A DNA stretch of 64,000 nucleotides, taken from Paraspadella gotoi (lineage: Eukaryota; Animalia; Chaetognatha). The notes under the pieces are model-generated. The model saw only the letters and a list, made by a program, of their open reading frames with translations. It was not told where the DNA came from and did no database searches. Shown here in pieces: positions 40,058-53,925 of the stretch. Within the stretch, counting starts at the first letter, position 1. Each line of letters starts with the position of its first letter. The stretch is from the NCBI GenBank assembly GCA_051294375.1, contig CM119264.1:30818091-30882090 (forward strand). The letters are read 5' to 3'. The translations under genes and the position numbers were made by a program.

Positions 40058-40190
40058 GATTGGTTGTTTTCGGAGTTTTTATTGGTCGGTTTTTGTCTTT
40101 TGATTAGTAGGTTTTTGTCTTTTGATTGGTCGTTTTTTGTATTCTCAAAGGCCTTCTGATTGGTCGGTTTCTAACTTTTGATTGTTGGGC
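40058..40190. repeat. Degenerate ~22-bp repeat carrying ATTGG (reverse CCAAT), just downstream of TGCGCACGCG
   Basis: tgattggt... recurs ~6 times; any regulatory role is unproven. Confidence 0.5.
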
Positions 40191-40969
40191 TTCTCTTGGA
40201 AAAATTTGACGGAGTGATAAGGATGATGATGATGATGATGATTATGGCGAAGGAGGCTTAAAAATGATAAAAAGTGATCTAAATTTTTTAAAGAAATGCG
40301 ATTATGATGACAAAAATTTTGGTGAAAAAAACTACGACGTTGACGATGACGATGAAAAAGATGATGATGATGATGACGATGACGATGACGAAGACGATGA
40401 ATAAATCCGTTGGATCGATTTTTTTTTCGTCATTGATGAGTTGCGGGGGTGGGGAGAGCGAGCGAGAGAGAGAGAGAGACGACTGGGGAAAGTGCTCTTT
40501 CTCTCTCTCTCTCTCTCTTTGGGAAAATGGGGGGAAAAAACTTTTATCTGATTTTTCGCTTCTTTTTGTCTTTTTCTTTCTCGTTCTTTTAGACTCTCAG
40601 TTATCTAAAATATCAACTCTTTCTAGATTATTTTTAAATAATAATTAATAACATAAAATTAATTATTAATTTAGAAATAATCCAAATATCAAATTCTTCT
40701 TTTTCATTTTTTATTTTCAGTTTTTTTACATTTTTTTTTGTTTCGTTTGTGCTAAATATGTAAGTCTGAACTAAGCGAAAGTTCAACTTGGCCTTTACAT
40801 TAGTTTACATAAATGAGTTTTAGTTAATTAAAAACTAGTTGTTGTCGTCGTCGTTGTCATTGGCTTGATCGATTTTTATTTTTACCTGGACTCGCTTTTT
40901 TGTTTTGATAATAAAAGTAAAAAAAAAAGCGAAGAGAGAGAATTTCCCAGTCTTTTTGTGAATCAGTGG

Positions 40970-41016
<47 letters not shown>

Positions 41017-43902
41017 GGTTGATAATATTTTTTCTTAATCACTCATTGTTTATATAATTTTTTTTTTTTTGGTTTTTGATTTGAATAAATGAGAAGTTCA
41101 ATTTTTTTTCGTACTGAAGTTGAATCCTCGTTTTAACGAAAAAGATAAGATTTCAAAATTTTTGCGGGAAAATAAGAGTTAATTTGTTTTTTTCTTCTTC
41201 AAAACAAATAAAGAATAAAAAAACAATGAATTATTTCTTGGACTTTGAATCATTTTGGAAATGTCTACTTTACTTTTTGATTTTGCCGCTCATAACTTGG
41301 ACGATTCTCTCTCTCGCCGACCGTCTGAACCTATTGGGGTAAATATTGAAAAAAATCTATTCCGTGATGCCGACGCGATGCCGTGATGCAGTTATGCTGT
41401 AATGCCATGATCCCTTTTGAGCGGTTTAATCATATTCAGTCCGGTTTCATACCGTGATCTACATAAGTCAAATACGATAACAAAATTTCACCGGTGATTT
41501 TTTGTAAATTCGTGAAACTGTGATACTATCACGATGTAATTCGATAAAGAGCCGACAACGGGCGGGGGGGGGGCGGAAAGGAGCGTGGAAGAGTAAGGGA
41601 GGGGGGGGAGAAGAAATAAAATTCTCCTCCGGTTTGGGATTCACTAACTGTATATTCACGAATTCTCCCCCTCTCTCTCTCTCTTTCTTTATCTCTCTCC
41701 CCCTTAATTCCCTACGTTTTCTCTCCCCCTCTCTTCCCCCCTCCTCCTCCTCTTCCTCCCCTGCTCCTTCTCTCCCTCCTTCTCTTCCTCCTCTCCATTT
41801 CTCTTCTCCAACATTTTTACCAAAATCTTTTTTTTTTCGCGAAGACAAAAAAAGTGAATCGAATCGCGAGCAACAAAAGCGGGAAAAAAATCATGCGTTA
41901 GAAGCGGGAAACAGAAGCGGAAATAGTAGCGGAAACAGAAGCGGAAAAAATGAAACAGAAACGGAAGGGCGAAAACAGAAGCGGTGAAAGTTAAATCAGA
42001 AGCGCTGACAGGTTTATTGAAAGCAACAGAAAAGTGAAAGTTTAAAAAAAAGTAGAAAGAGATAAAAAAAAAGCGAAAAAAAACAGAAGCAGAAAGAGCT
42101 AAAAACAGAAGCGTAAAAAGCAAAAAAAAAACAGAAGCGAAAACAAAAGTAAAAACAAGAGCGAAAAATGGCAAAAAGAAGCGAAGGGCGACTTTTGAAA
42201 ATCCGATTTTGTAAACAAGAATGAGAAGTTTTGAGTCTTGGCTGCCGAGAGTTTGTTAAACAGAGATAACTATGAATATGACTATTGATAGCCATAGCCG
42301 ATGAAATTTAAATAATAAAGTATACAGCGTTAAAATAATCTATCATGAGCATAGATTATAGAATTAATATATTTTTTGTCAAAAATGCTTTCTTCTGAGG
42401 GTACGAGCCTAATTAAAGTTATTATATTACTTTATAGAGAAAAAATTTTGTTTAGAAATCTTAAAATTTTTTGATGGATTCTGATAGAGCATAAAAAGAA
42501 ATATAAGAAAAGAAATATAATTATAGATTTTAAAAATTCTTACATTTTCTTAATAAAAATTTTTAAAAAACTGATAAAATTATCGAAAGATGATGATGAT
42601 GATGATTTTTTAATTTTTACGATTTTTTTACGCCTTTCCTATCTATAAATAAATATTAAAAAATTAATTACTAGGGTATATAGCCATATAAGAAATTTTT
42701 TGTCCATTGAAAATATACTTAAAATGTATAAATTTTCGTTTGAGCATGGACTCGCTCTAAATTTTTGACGAGCCCAATTGAGTGCGGCTACCCCTACTAA
42801 TGATTCATGAGATTACTTGTGGGCGTCAATGTTACATATGTATACGTTATTTAATATATATGTCATCCATTAAAATGACACAATGAAAATCTGGGGAGGA
42901 ATGAATGAACAGAAAACCATCTTTTTTTTGACATTTTCCATTTGTAGCAGAAGAAAAAAAAAGGAAGATACAAAACGGAGGGAAAAAAAAAAGTTATTCC
43001 GTTGGGGAATTTGTTTGAATCTTGCCGCTCGGTCGGTCCGTCTGTCTAGATTCGACGATCAAACGGTGACGTCTTTGTCTATTGGTCTGTCTTTTTATTG
43101 GTCTGTCTGTCAATTGGTCTGTCTGTCCATTGGCCTGTCTATTATTCTGTCTATTGGTGTTCTATCAGTCTTTTGGTTTGTCAGTCCAGTTTCCAGAAAA
43201 AGCGAATATGATTGCTTGTCGGTCTGTACGATCATCAGTTGATCTATTTGTCGGTCAGTCTATCTCAAAATGTCTTTTTTCTTCCAGATGGGGGAAGGAG
43301 AGAAGAAGGGAAGAGACGCCGCCTCGTCGAGGTCCTTCGCCCGGCGACTCGTCGGCCACTCTGCCCCCCACTTTGCCCGACACGGACCGACAGCCTCGCC
43401 CAACGCCCGACCCTCAACGACATTTGGCTTCCGGCAACTTTCCCCGCGATTGGCCGGACTTTGTCAACCGTGAGTCTTTTGGTGGATTGGGAAGCCCTTC
43501 TTCTCTCTTTATCAGGCTCTCTCACTCTCTATCAGGCTCTCTCTTTATTCTGCTTTATTTTTTTTTTGTCTTTGGCTTTTTATATATATATATCTCTCTC
43601 TCTCTCTCTCTTTCTTTCTCTATATCTTAATATATTTTTCCAATTATTTTATAATTCGTTTCTTTTCCCAAATTTTTCAAACAGCTTATTCGTGGGTGGG
43701 AGGTTAGCTTATGTATTTAATTACTTTTCGAATAAACATGTCAATTAGTTTCAAAAAAATGTCAGTATAATTATTAACGGTTCTTTTTAGGATAAAAACA
43801 TTTTTCTTTCTATATTTACTTTTTAATTTTTAAATTTTTTTTTGCTGTTTTGTGTCCAGAAAAGAATTACGGTTGACAAACGCTTATTCTCAAAATGTGT
43901 CC

Positions 43903-43953
<51 letters not shown>

Positions 43954-44086
43954 CCCACCCCACAAAACCATCCCATTATATTCTCTCCCATCTTCTTTTT
44001 CTTCTCTTCTTTCTTCTTTCTTCTTTTCGTTCGGTGATTTCTATTCCAATGACGAAACTACATAGAATTTAAAGCGCTTAGAACAA

Positions 44087-44117
<31 letters not shown>

Positions 44118-45994
44118 ATCTCTCTCTTTCTCTCTATCTCTCTCTCTTTCTACGCATTGTGTCTTGTATAAAATCTTCATTTGCGAAAAAAAAACTAATT
44201 TACCTAAAATCAATTGTTACGATAATTAAAATTAATTAAATATTTAAATCAATAGAGTTAACTTATTTTAGATGAAGACAACAACAACATTTTCCTGTCA
44301 AATCTGAGGCGTCGATCGGTTTTTCGTTTCTCACCCAAAAATCTCGCTCTTTAAGATGAAGACGACGACGACGACGACGATGCTTAGACAACCATGATGT
44401 CGCAAAGACGAGCACTTTGACCCTAAAAATTATTACAAAAAAGAAACATTAAATAAATTTATATATATAAATTAGGCAATTGAGGTGCTTTCTGGTTGTC
44501 AATATCAATGAAACGATAAAGATTAATTCTCAACTGTCGCTTTCACTTGTGAAAATTGTCTATTATGAGATGAAGTCTGCAATAAGCATTGACGACGACG
44601 ACGACGACGATCGCGACGACTCTTGGCTTTTCGTCGCTACTGTGATACACAGGTGTTTGTCTTTTGACGGGCGGGCGTCGAGTCCGGACGAGAGAGAGAG
44701 AGATGTCGATTTTCACTCTGCAACTTTTTCACCTTTTTCTCTCCAGTTTTTTTTTTTTTTTTTTTTTTTTTCTTTAGATTTCGCTTATTTTCAACTTGTT
44801 TCTCACATTATTCCTTTTTAATTTATTTAAACATTTCTTGTCTCTTTCTCTCTGTCTCACTCGTTTTATTCTCTTTCTATGATTTATTGTTCTCTCTTTC
44901 TCTCTCTCATTTTTCTCTCTCTCTTACTCTCCACATTTTACCCCCTACTATTCTCCGTCTTTCCTCCCATCCTGTTAAGTCCCACTCCCTCCCTTTTTCA
45001 TCACTCTCTCTCTCTCTTTCTCTCTCTCTCTCTTTCTCTCCCTCTCTCTCTCATAATCCCCCCACTCCCTCTCTATCTCTCTTGACTTTTTTGTTTTGAT
45101 GTCTAATGATTTGTAACCGAAACAAAGTCATTTGAAGAAAAAAAAACCAAAATAAAAAAATAAAAAAATTCTTCAAAAATTCGCGTAAAATTTTTTCTTC
45201 AAATTTTTCATTTAAAATAAATAAAAAGGTCATTGAGCCCTGGAGTAGTTGGACCTGGTTCAGGAGTTGACTAAATAAAGCCTAAATAAAGACTAAATAA
45301 AGCCCTCGTTCGTTTAATCTAAATGAGGTTTTCACAAATCAAATTCTGGTATAAACGGATTTTTAAAAAATGCTGGGTTTTGCAATTTTTTTTTTATTTT
45401 CTAGAAAAATGTTTTTAATGACGGAACGACTAAAAAAAAGCTATTTTTCCACCGACGAAAAATTCGTCATTTAATTGAAAAACGAAATTTACTTTTCATG
45501 AAAACGCGAACTGTTGCTGGTAAAAACTAAAGGAATTTACAAAAGGCTTCATTTTAGAAAATGCTCTCCCGTTTAATCGGAACTGATTCTCGGATCGAAA
45601 AAAAAATATCGGACCGACATTAATGAATATTTTGCTTAAACTAATTTTAAGGCAATAGAAATGGGAATAATCCTTGTATGGTTATTACTTATTAGTATAC
45701 CATACGCAAAAAAAAGGGGAGAGCATTTTCTAATATGAATTCTTCTGTGCATTTCGCCGTCAAAACTAAATCACCCTGTATTCGGACACGTTCCGTTTGT
45801 TGAAACGACTCCATCCTGCAGCACCGTCTCCTTTTACCGCCAACCGCCGAACCTTGAAAGATATTCGTCGCCTTTGACCGACACTTTGAATCCCTTAAAC
45901 CGTCTACAGCATCCTCGGACCGACTTCTTTCCCCAATATTTGCCTTCCTAACTTACCATTTCCCTTTTAACTCACCCCCCCACCGCTTCCCGAG

Positions 45995-47930
45995 ATGATC
46001 CCACCTCACCCTTCCGCCGCCTCTGCTTCATCTTTCGCCTCTACGTCTCTTGTCATCCGAGTTTTCGTCTTTTTCTTTTGCGCATGCGCGTCAAGAGGGG
46101 AAAGACCCGGATATTGCCCGATCGATCCCAGGTGAGATGACGATCAGTCTGCAATGCCATGCGATGAACATCCGCATTTTTTTGCAACTTGGATCTGCAA
46201 TCTATTGCGATTCGTGTCGGCAATTTAAATTTATTTAAAATCATTCAATTCGTAATGAAATAAGATTAGATTTTTTTAATTTTTACAAATTTTTAAATGC
46301 TAAATCTAGGGTTTACTATATATTATAATATGATATGTTTTCATATTCATTCATAGCGACGGTGTGTGCGACGTTAACCTTTGCCAAAACGATGACTTTT
46401 GTCCCAAAGAAAAAAAATGTTGTCCCGGCCAATGTGGCTTCATGGTTTGTATGAAACCATTGTTGGCTCCGAAAAGACCAGGTTTGTTATATTTAATATT
46501 TTAAATATAATTACATAATATTTTTTAAACGTTATGACAATAACAAGGAGTATAATTGATATGAAAAGAATTTGCGTTATGAGGTAACTGCGCCAGAAGC
46601 ACAAACAATTTTGTCACATTTTTCAACATGTAATTTGTAATATATATACTATTTCTTTCTCACTGATAATGTAATAAAAATATACATGAAATATAACTGG
46701 CAAAATTGTTATTTGCATTTAGCGCAGTTATTTCATAACGAAAATTAATTTGATATTACTGATTAATACTTACATTTGAATATTTTCTAATTTATTAAAC
46801 CAATAAATATTAACCTAATTAATCTCTAATCAGGATTCTGTCCTCCTTTCTTCCACGTCGAATCTGCCGAGGATCCTTGTCTCGAAGTGATTCGTCCCGT
46901 GGCGGCGCCACTCGCTCAAGACCTCGACGCCGTGGAGCCATGCGTGGTCGACAACAACTGCACCCACGCCCATCAGAAGTGCTGCGATACGTGGTGAGTT
47001 TGGGTGGGTGAATGGGTGGGCTCACTTTGTGACATTGGGCAGTGGTGAGAGGAAGTTGTGATTGAGCTAAAGAGTTGCGAGAGAAATGCTGTGAAACTTG
47101 ATGTGAAGTGGTGTTGTGAAATTTACTAAATTTTAATAACATTGTTTTGAAAGTTTAATTTTAATTGTAATAACATTGTCTTGAAATTCGGGTGGGAATG
47201 GATGTTTGACAACTAAGCATTGGGTTACTTTAATTATGACAGTGAGAAATGCTAATCAAAAATGAAGTTTCTCATTTCCCGTTATTTTAATTCATTTTAT
47301 TTCATTTTGTTTCATTTAATTTCATTTGGTTTGAAGGTGCCACGGATTTCGAAGATGCAAAGATGCATTGAAAGAAGATTCGTCTGACCCTTTCTCTCCC
47401 GAAGTCCCTCTTGCGGCCGCAGACGACGACGACGACGACGACGACGACGAATCTGAAATCGATTCGCCGAAAAACGAAGTTTCGCCCGAATTAAATGCGG
47501 AGGTAAACCCGCGATGTTCATTTGTTTTCGTTTCATTACATTTTGATTACATTTTGTTTACATTTTACTCTTCTTTGTCTCGTGCTAATTATTAAATTAT
47601 TGACTACAAAAAAAAATTTAAATTAAATTAATTTAAATTATTGACTACAAAAAACACAATTTTTTTAATCTGTTCTCACAGACTGAAAGATATTCTTCGG
47701 TTGATGGCAACTACAAAAATGACAACGATGTAGACGATGAAGAAAAAGACGCCTCGACTGGCAAAGACGATGGCAACGCCTCAAATGGCAAAGCCTCAAA
47801 TGGCACTAGTGGAAAAAGCTTCTCACTTCCTCTGGAGAACAAAAACCATTCAACAAATTTGTCGCCAAATTTTTTTTGTTTTAATCTTTTTTCCGGTTTT
47901 TTCCTCTTTTTGCTCAGAAATTTAAATTAA
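45995..47930 (+). CDS. Secreted double WAP (four-disulfide core) protein, ~278 aa, with acidic linker and hydrophobic C-terminus. Exons: 45995-46131, 46357-46481, 46834-46993, 47337-47502, 47682-47930
   Basis: Spliced ORF: signal-like VIRVFVFFFCACAS, then RPGYCP..C..C.NDDFC...KCC..QCG..C and RPGFCP..C..C..D.NC...KCC...C....C (8 Cys each). All junctions are GT-AG and in phase. Confidence 0.85.
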
Positions 47931-48240
47931 ACAAAAACTTGTTTGTTTTTTTTGCAGTTTTTAGTTTTCGATGATCGGTGGAGAGAAAGAGAGAGAGAGA
48001 GTGTGTGTATTTTACCAGAGTTTAGAGAGTTAGTTCAACACCTTTCCACTCGGCAAAAGAATGGTTAAAAAAGAAATTTCCAAAGAAAAAAAAATTTGGG
48101 GGGGAAAAAATAACAAAACTGCAATAAAAATTATCTTTTCCCAACCTGCTTATTATATTTCAGTCTCTTTTCTCCGATTATCACTTCTTTTCTCTCTCTC
48201 ACTTCTCTCCTTTTATCATTTCTCTTCTTAACTTCTGCAG

Positions 48241-49433
48241 TCGGGCATTGCAGTCTATAAACATGACACCTTCAGTCATGACCAGGTGGCTCATTGACTA
48301 GTGATAAATCCCTAATGGAACCAACTCTGCGGGAATCGCGAAGACGCCTGTAAATCGGCTTGTGGGCGTGGAAAAACTTCAAGCCTAGTTCCAGGACCCG
48401 TTCCATGGCTGCTAGAGGGAGTTAAAGAAGAAGCGGATATCACTCTTCAGCTCTCTTTGCATCTTATTCACACCTCATTTTAATTTCTCTTTTCTTAACT
48501 CATCTCAGCCTACGAAATCGACGCAGAGGGTCATTTGGGTTCCGGCGAAAGTTCACCCGTCACCTCCGATGGATGCAATGATCGAGGTGAGTTTCATTCG
48601 GTTGGTTTCAACGAGTGAAACAAATCGAGGATTCAATGACATCAAAATGAATCGGGGTTTTAGCGGTTACATTGACGTTGTCAAATTTAGAATAGATGAG
48701 TATGCAGGAGATGATTATTTAATTTGATCCTAAATTTGATTGAATTTCTCAATCTCATTTACATATCGTAGCGAGTTCTGTAACCCTTTGGTCCTTTTCT
48801 AAAATGCCCTCTCTTACATTAGGCACATTACCTCCTATAAGTACTATTACTAATTGACTTATTGGCTAATTGACGAGACGAAGTTTTAATGCACAATCTG
48901 ATGCAAAGGAAGCGACCGAATTTCTTATTCTCGTTTCTATAACTGTTGCGGTTAAGAAACCACAATCAATTTCTATTCTCTCAGGCCAACGGCGATGCAG
49001 TAGTAACTTTCCTTTGAGCTCTAAATAAAAAGCTTTATATCGTGACCTGGGTAAGATTTGACCTTACCCCCGGGGGCCACTCGGTTTTTTTAACGCGACC
49101 ATTTCCTGACTCTCCCCCCTCTCCCACCCCCTTCTCGACCCTCTTTTGGTACACTCCCTCTCCCCCCTTCTCGACCCTCCTCCCTTTCCCAAACTCCTTC
49201 TTGACCCCCTTCCGTCCACCTCCCCTTTTCGACACGTCTCCCTCTCACAACCCCTCTTCTCGCCCCTCTTTTGTCTACCCCTTCTCTACCTCTTTTCTTT
49301 GTCGCACCGCCCCTATCTCCACCTCTCGCCAACCCCCTTCTTCTCGACCCCTTTTTTTTGTCCACCCCCCCCTTCCTCGACCTTCTTCCTTCAGCGGGTC
49401 GAACCTTGCAATCTCACGGACGAGGTTACGACA

Positions 49434-49470
<37 letters not shown>

Positions 49471-49510
49471 CAGGGACGACGACGACGTCGGACACCGATG
49501 GAGTTCGAGT
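48241..49510 (+). CDS. Candidate exons (~48241-48285, 48509-48586, ~49395-49505, Asp-rich) of an unknown gene that apparently continues at 58588
   Basis: Polypyrimidine-AG acceptors, GTGAGT donor at 48587, short open frames; product not recognised. Confidence 0.35.
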
Positions 49511-49848
49511 TGCGAGAGAAAAGAGGAAGAAGAAGAGGAGCAGTTTGAAGACGGATGACGAGTGGGTTGGGGGAAGGGGAGCTGAGAGGGTTGCTCCCCT
49601 TTTCCTCTTCTTTCTCCCCTTTCTCCTCTCTGCTCCCCTTCCCCACCAACTCGTCGCCATCTTCAAACTACTCCCTTCCCCTCTCTGTTCCCATTTTCTC
49701 TGTCCCCTTCTTCCTCTATGCTCCCCTACCCCTCTCAGCTCCCTTCCCCAACCCACTCGTCATCCGTCTTCAAATGTCCTATTCTTTCTCTCTTTTCTCT
49801 CGCAACTCGAACTCCATCGGTGTCCGACGTCGTCGTCCGTCCCTGGCG

Positions 49849-49883
<35 letters not shown>

Positions 49884-50804
49884 TGTCGTAACCTCGTCCG
49901 TGAGATTGCAAGGTTCGACCCGCTGAAGGAAGAAGGTCGAGGAAGGGGGGGGTGGACAAAAAAAAGGGGTCGAGAAGAAGGGGGTTGGCGAGAGGTGGAG
50001 ATAGGGGCGGTGCGACAAAGAAAAGAGGTAGAGAAGGGGTAGACAAAAGAGGGGCGAGAAGAGGGGTTGTGAGAGGGAGACGTGTCGAAAAGGGGAGGTG
50101 GACGGAAGGGGGTCAAGAAGGAGTTTGGGAAAGGGAGGAGGGTCGAGAAGGGGGGAGAGGGAGTGTACCAAAAGAGGGTCGAGAAGGGGGTGGGAGAGGG
50201 GGGAGAGTCAGGAAATGGTTCGCGTTAAAAAACCGAGTGGCCCCGGGGGTAAAGGTCAAATTTACCCAGGTCACGATATAAAGCTTTTTATTTAGAGCTC
50301 AAAAGGAAGTTACTACTGGCATCGCGTTGGCCTGAGGAATAGAAAATTGATTTTGTGGTTTCTTAACCGCAACAGTTATAAGAACCGAGAATAAGAAATC
50401 GTGGTCGCTTCCTTTGCAGCAGATTGTGGCATTGAACTTCGTCTTCGTCAATTAGCCAATAAGTCAATTAGTAAATAGTTACTTATAGGAGTAATGTGCC
50501 TTAATGTAAGAGAAGACTTTAGAAAAGGGACCAAAGGGTTACAGAACTCGCTACGATATGTAAATGAGATTGAGAAATTCAAATCAAAGTTTAGGATCAA
50601 TTAAATAATCATCTCCTGCATACTCATCTATTCTAATTTGACAACGTCATGAACCGCTAAAACCCCGATTCATTTTTGATGTCATTGAATCCTCGATTTG
50701 GTTTCACTCGTTGAACCACCGATGAAACTCACTCGATTCATTGCATCCATCGGAAGTGACGGTGAACTTTCGCCGGAACCCAATGACCTCGGCGTCGATG
50801 TCGT

Positions 50805-51460
50805 AGGCTGAGATGAGATTAGAAAAGAGAAATTAAATGAGGTGTCGAATATGATGCAAAGAGAGTGAGATGAGTTAAGAATAGACAAATTAAAATGAGG
50901 GTGTGATAAGATGCAAAGAGAGCTGAGATTGAGTAGAAAGAGAAATTTAAAATGAGGTGTGAATAAGATGCAAAGAGAGCTTGAGATGAGTTAAGAAAGA
51001 GAAATTAAAATGAGTGTGATAAGATGCAAAGAGAGCTCGAGATGGTTAAGAAAAGAGGAAATTAAAAATTGAGGTGTGAATAAGATGCAAAGAGAGCTGA
51101 GATGAGTTAAGAAAGAGAAATTAAAATTGAGGTGCTGTGATAAGATGCAAAGAGAGTGAGATGATGTAAGAAAAGAGAAATTAAAATGACGGTGTGAATT
51201 AAGATGCAAAGAGAGCTGAGATGAGTTCAAGAAAAGAGAGAAATTAAAATGAGGTGTGATAAGATGCAAGAGAGTGAGATGAGTTTAAGAAAGAGAAATT
51301 AAAATTGAGGTGTGAATAAGATGGCAAGAGAGCTGAGATGAGGTAAGAAAAGAGAATTTAAAATGAGGGGGGAATAAGATGCCAAAGAGAGCTGGCATGA
51401 GTTAAGAAAGAGAAAATTAAAATGATAGGTGGGAATTAAGATGCAAAGAGAGCTGAAGAT
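50805..51460. repeat. ~58-bp tandem repeat, ~11 copies (single copy at ~48448-48508 in the opposite arm)
   Basis: aagatgcaaagagagctgagatgagttaagaaagagaaattaaaatgaggtgtgaat periodicity. Confidence 0.9.
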
Positions 51461-51984
51461 GATATCCGCTATTCTTTTTAAACTCCCTCTAGCAGCCAAT
51501 GGAACGCGGTCCTGGATCTTAGGCTTGAGGTCTTTCCACGCCCACAAAGCGATTTACAGGGTCTTTCGCGATTTCCCGCAGAGTTGGTTTCCATTGGGGG
51601 ATTTATCCTATCAATGAGTCACCTTCATGACTGAAGGTGTCATGCTTATAGGATGCAATGCCCGACTGCAGAAGTTTAAGAAGAGAAATGATAAAAGGAG
51701 AGAAGTGAGAGAGAGAAAAGAATGATATCGGAGAAAAGAGACTGAAATTTAATAAGCAGGTTGGGGAAAAGATAATTTTTATTGCAGTTTTGTTATTTTT
51801 CCCCCCCCAATTTTTTTTTTTCTTTTGGAAATTTCTTTTTTTAACCACTTCTTTTGCCGATGGAAAGGTGTTGAACTAACTCTCTAAAATCTGGTAAATT
51901 ACACACCTCTTCTCTCTCTCTCTCTCTCTCTTTCTCTCCACCGATCATCGAAAACTAAAAACTGCAAAAAACAAAACAAGTTTT

Positions 51985-53925
51985 TGTCTTAATTTTAAAT
52001 TCTGAGCAAAAAAGAGGAAAAAACCGGAAAAGATAAAACAAAAAAATTTTGCGAAAATTTGTTGAATGTTTTTGTTTTCTCAGAGGAGAGTGAAGAAGCT
52101 TTTTCCACTAGTGCCATTTGAGCTTTGCCATTTTGAGGCGTTGCCATCGTCTTTCCAGTCGAGCGTCTTTTTCTTGTGCAGGTGTCTACATCGTTGTCAT
52201 TTTTGTAGTTTTGCCATCAAACCGAAGAATATCTTTCAGTCTGTTGAGAACAGATTTAAAAAAATTTGCAGTTTTGTAGTCAATAATTTAAATTTTAATT
52301 TATTTAAATTGTTTTTTTTTTGTAGTCAATAATTTAATAATTAGCACGAACAAAGAAGAGTTACAATGTAAACAATGTTACTCAAAATTGTAATGAAACG
52401 AACAAATAAATTCGCGGTGTTTACTCCGCATTTTAATTCGAAAAGCGAACTTCGTTTTTTTCGGCCGAATCGAACTTTCAGATTTCGTCGTCGTCGTCGT
52501 CGGTCGTCGTCGTCTGCGGCCGCAAGAGGGACTTGGGAGAGAAAGGGTCAGACGAATCTTCTTTCAATGCATCTTTGGCATCTTCGAAATCCGTTGCACC
52601 TTCAAAAATGAAATTAAATTGAAAACAAAATGAAATAATGAATTAAATAAACGGGAAAGAGAAATTCATTTTATTACATTTCTCACTTATATAATTAAAG
52701 TAACCCCAATGCTTAGTTGTTCAAAATCCATTCCCACCAGAATCTTCAAGACAATGTTATTACAATAAAATTAACCTCTTCCAAAACAATGTTATTAAAT
52801 TTTAGAAATTTACAACACCACTTCACATCAAAGTTTCACAGCATTTCTCTCGCAACTCTTTAGCTCAATCCAACAACTTCCTCTCACCATGCCCAATGTC
52901 ACAAAGTGAGCCCACCCATTCACCCACCCAAACACACCACGTATCGCCAGCAACTTTCTGATGGGCGGTGGGTGCAGTTGTGTCGGACACGCATGGCTCC
53001 ACCGGCCGTCGAGGTCATTTGAAGCGAGTGGCGCGCGCCACGGGACGAATCACTTCGAGACAAGATCCTCGGCAGATATTCGAGGGGAAGAAAGGAGACA
53101 GAATCCTGATTTAGAGATTAATTAGGTTAATATTATTGGTTTAATAAATTAGATTTCAAATGTAGTATTATCAGTATATAAATATAATAACTGCGCTAAA
53201 TGCAAATAACAATTTTGCCCAGTTATATTCTCATGTTATATTTTTATTTACATTATCAGTGAGAAAGAAATTAGTATATATATTACAAATACATGTATTG
53301 AAAAAATGTGGACAAAATTTGTTTGTGCTTCTGGCGCAGTTTACCTCATAAACGCAAATATCTTTCATATCAATTATACTCTTGTATGTCATAACGCGTT
53401 TAAAAAATATTATGTAATTATATTTAAAAATTAAAATATAACAAACCTGGTCTTTTTCGAGCAACATGGTTTCATACAAACCATAAGCCACATTGGCCGG
53501 GACACACATTTTTTTTCTTTGGGACAAAAAGTTCATCGTTTTTGGCAAAGGTTTCGTCGCACACACCGTCGCTATGAATGAATATGAAAACATATCATAT
53601 TATAATATATAGTAAACCCTAGATTTAGACATTAAAAATTTGTACAAATTAAAAAAATCTAATTCTTATTTCATTACGAATTGAAGATTTTTAAATAAAT
53701 TTAAATGCCGACACGAATCGCAATAGATTGCAGATCCAAGTTGCAAAAAAATGCGGATGTTCATGCATGGCATTGCCAGACTGATCGTCATCTCACCTTG
53801 GGATCGATCGGGCAATAATCCGGGTGCTTTCCCCTCTTGACGCGCATTCGCAAAAGAAAAAAGACTTATTCTTGTAAAATTAGGCGAAAGATAAGCAGGG
53901 GCGGCGGAGGGTGAGGTGGGATCAT
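51985..53925 (-). pseudogene. Frameshifted mirror copy of the double-WAP gene (probably read-error artefact)
   Basis: Reverse complement of 45995-47930 with many indels. Confidence 0.7.

Noticed and set aside
37000-45900. Short ORFs rich in F/L/S or E/R
   Set aside because: Derived from (CT)n, (GA)n, poly-T and (GAT)n tracts; no splice-consistent exons or motifs.
49035-50295. Cluster of overlapping 100-300-aa ORFs on both strands
   Set aside because: Produced by C/T-skewed low complexity, (GAC)n and the palindrome centre.
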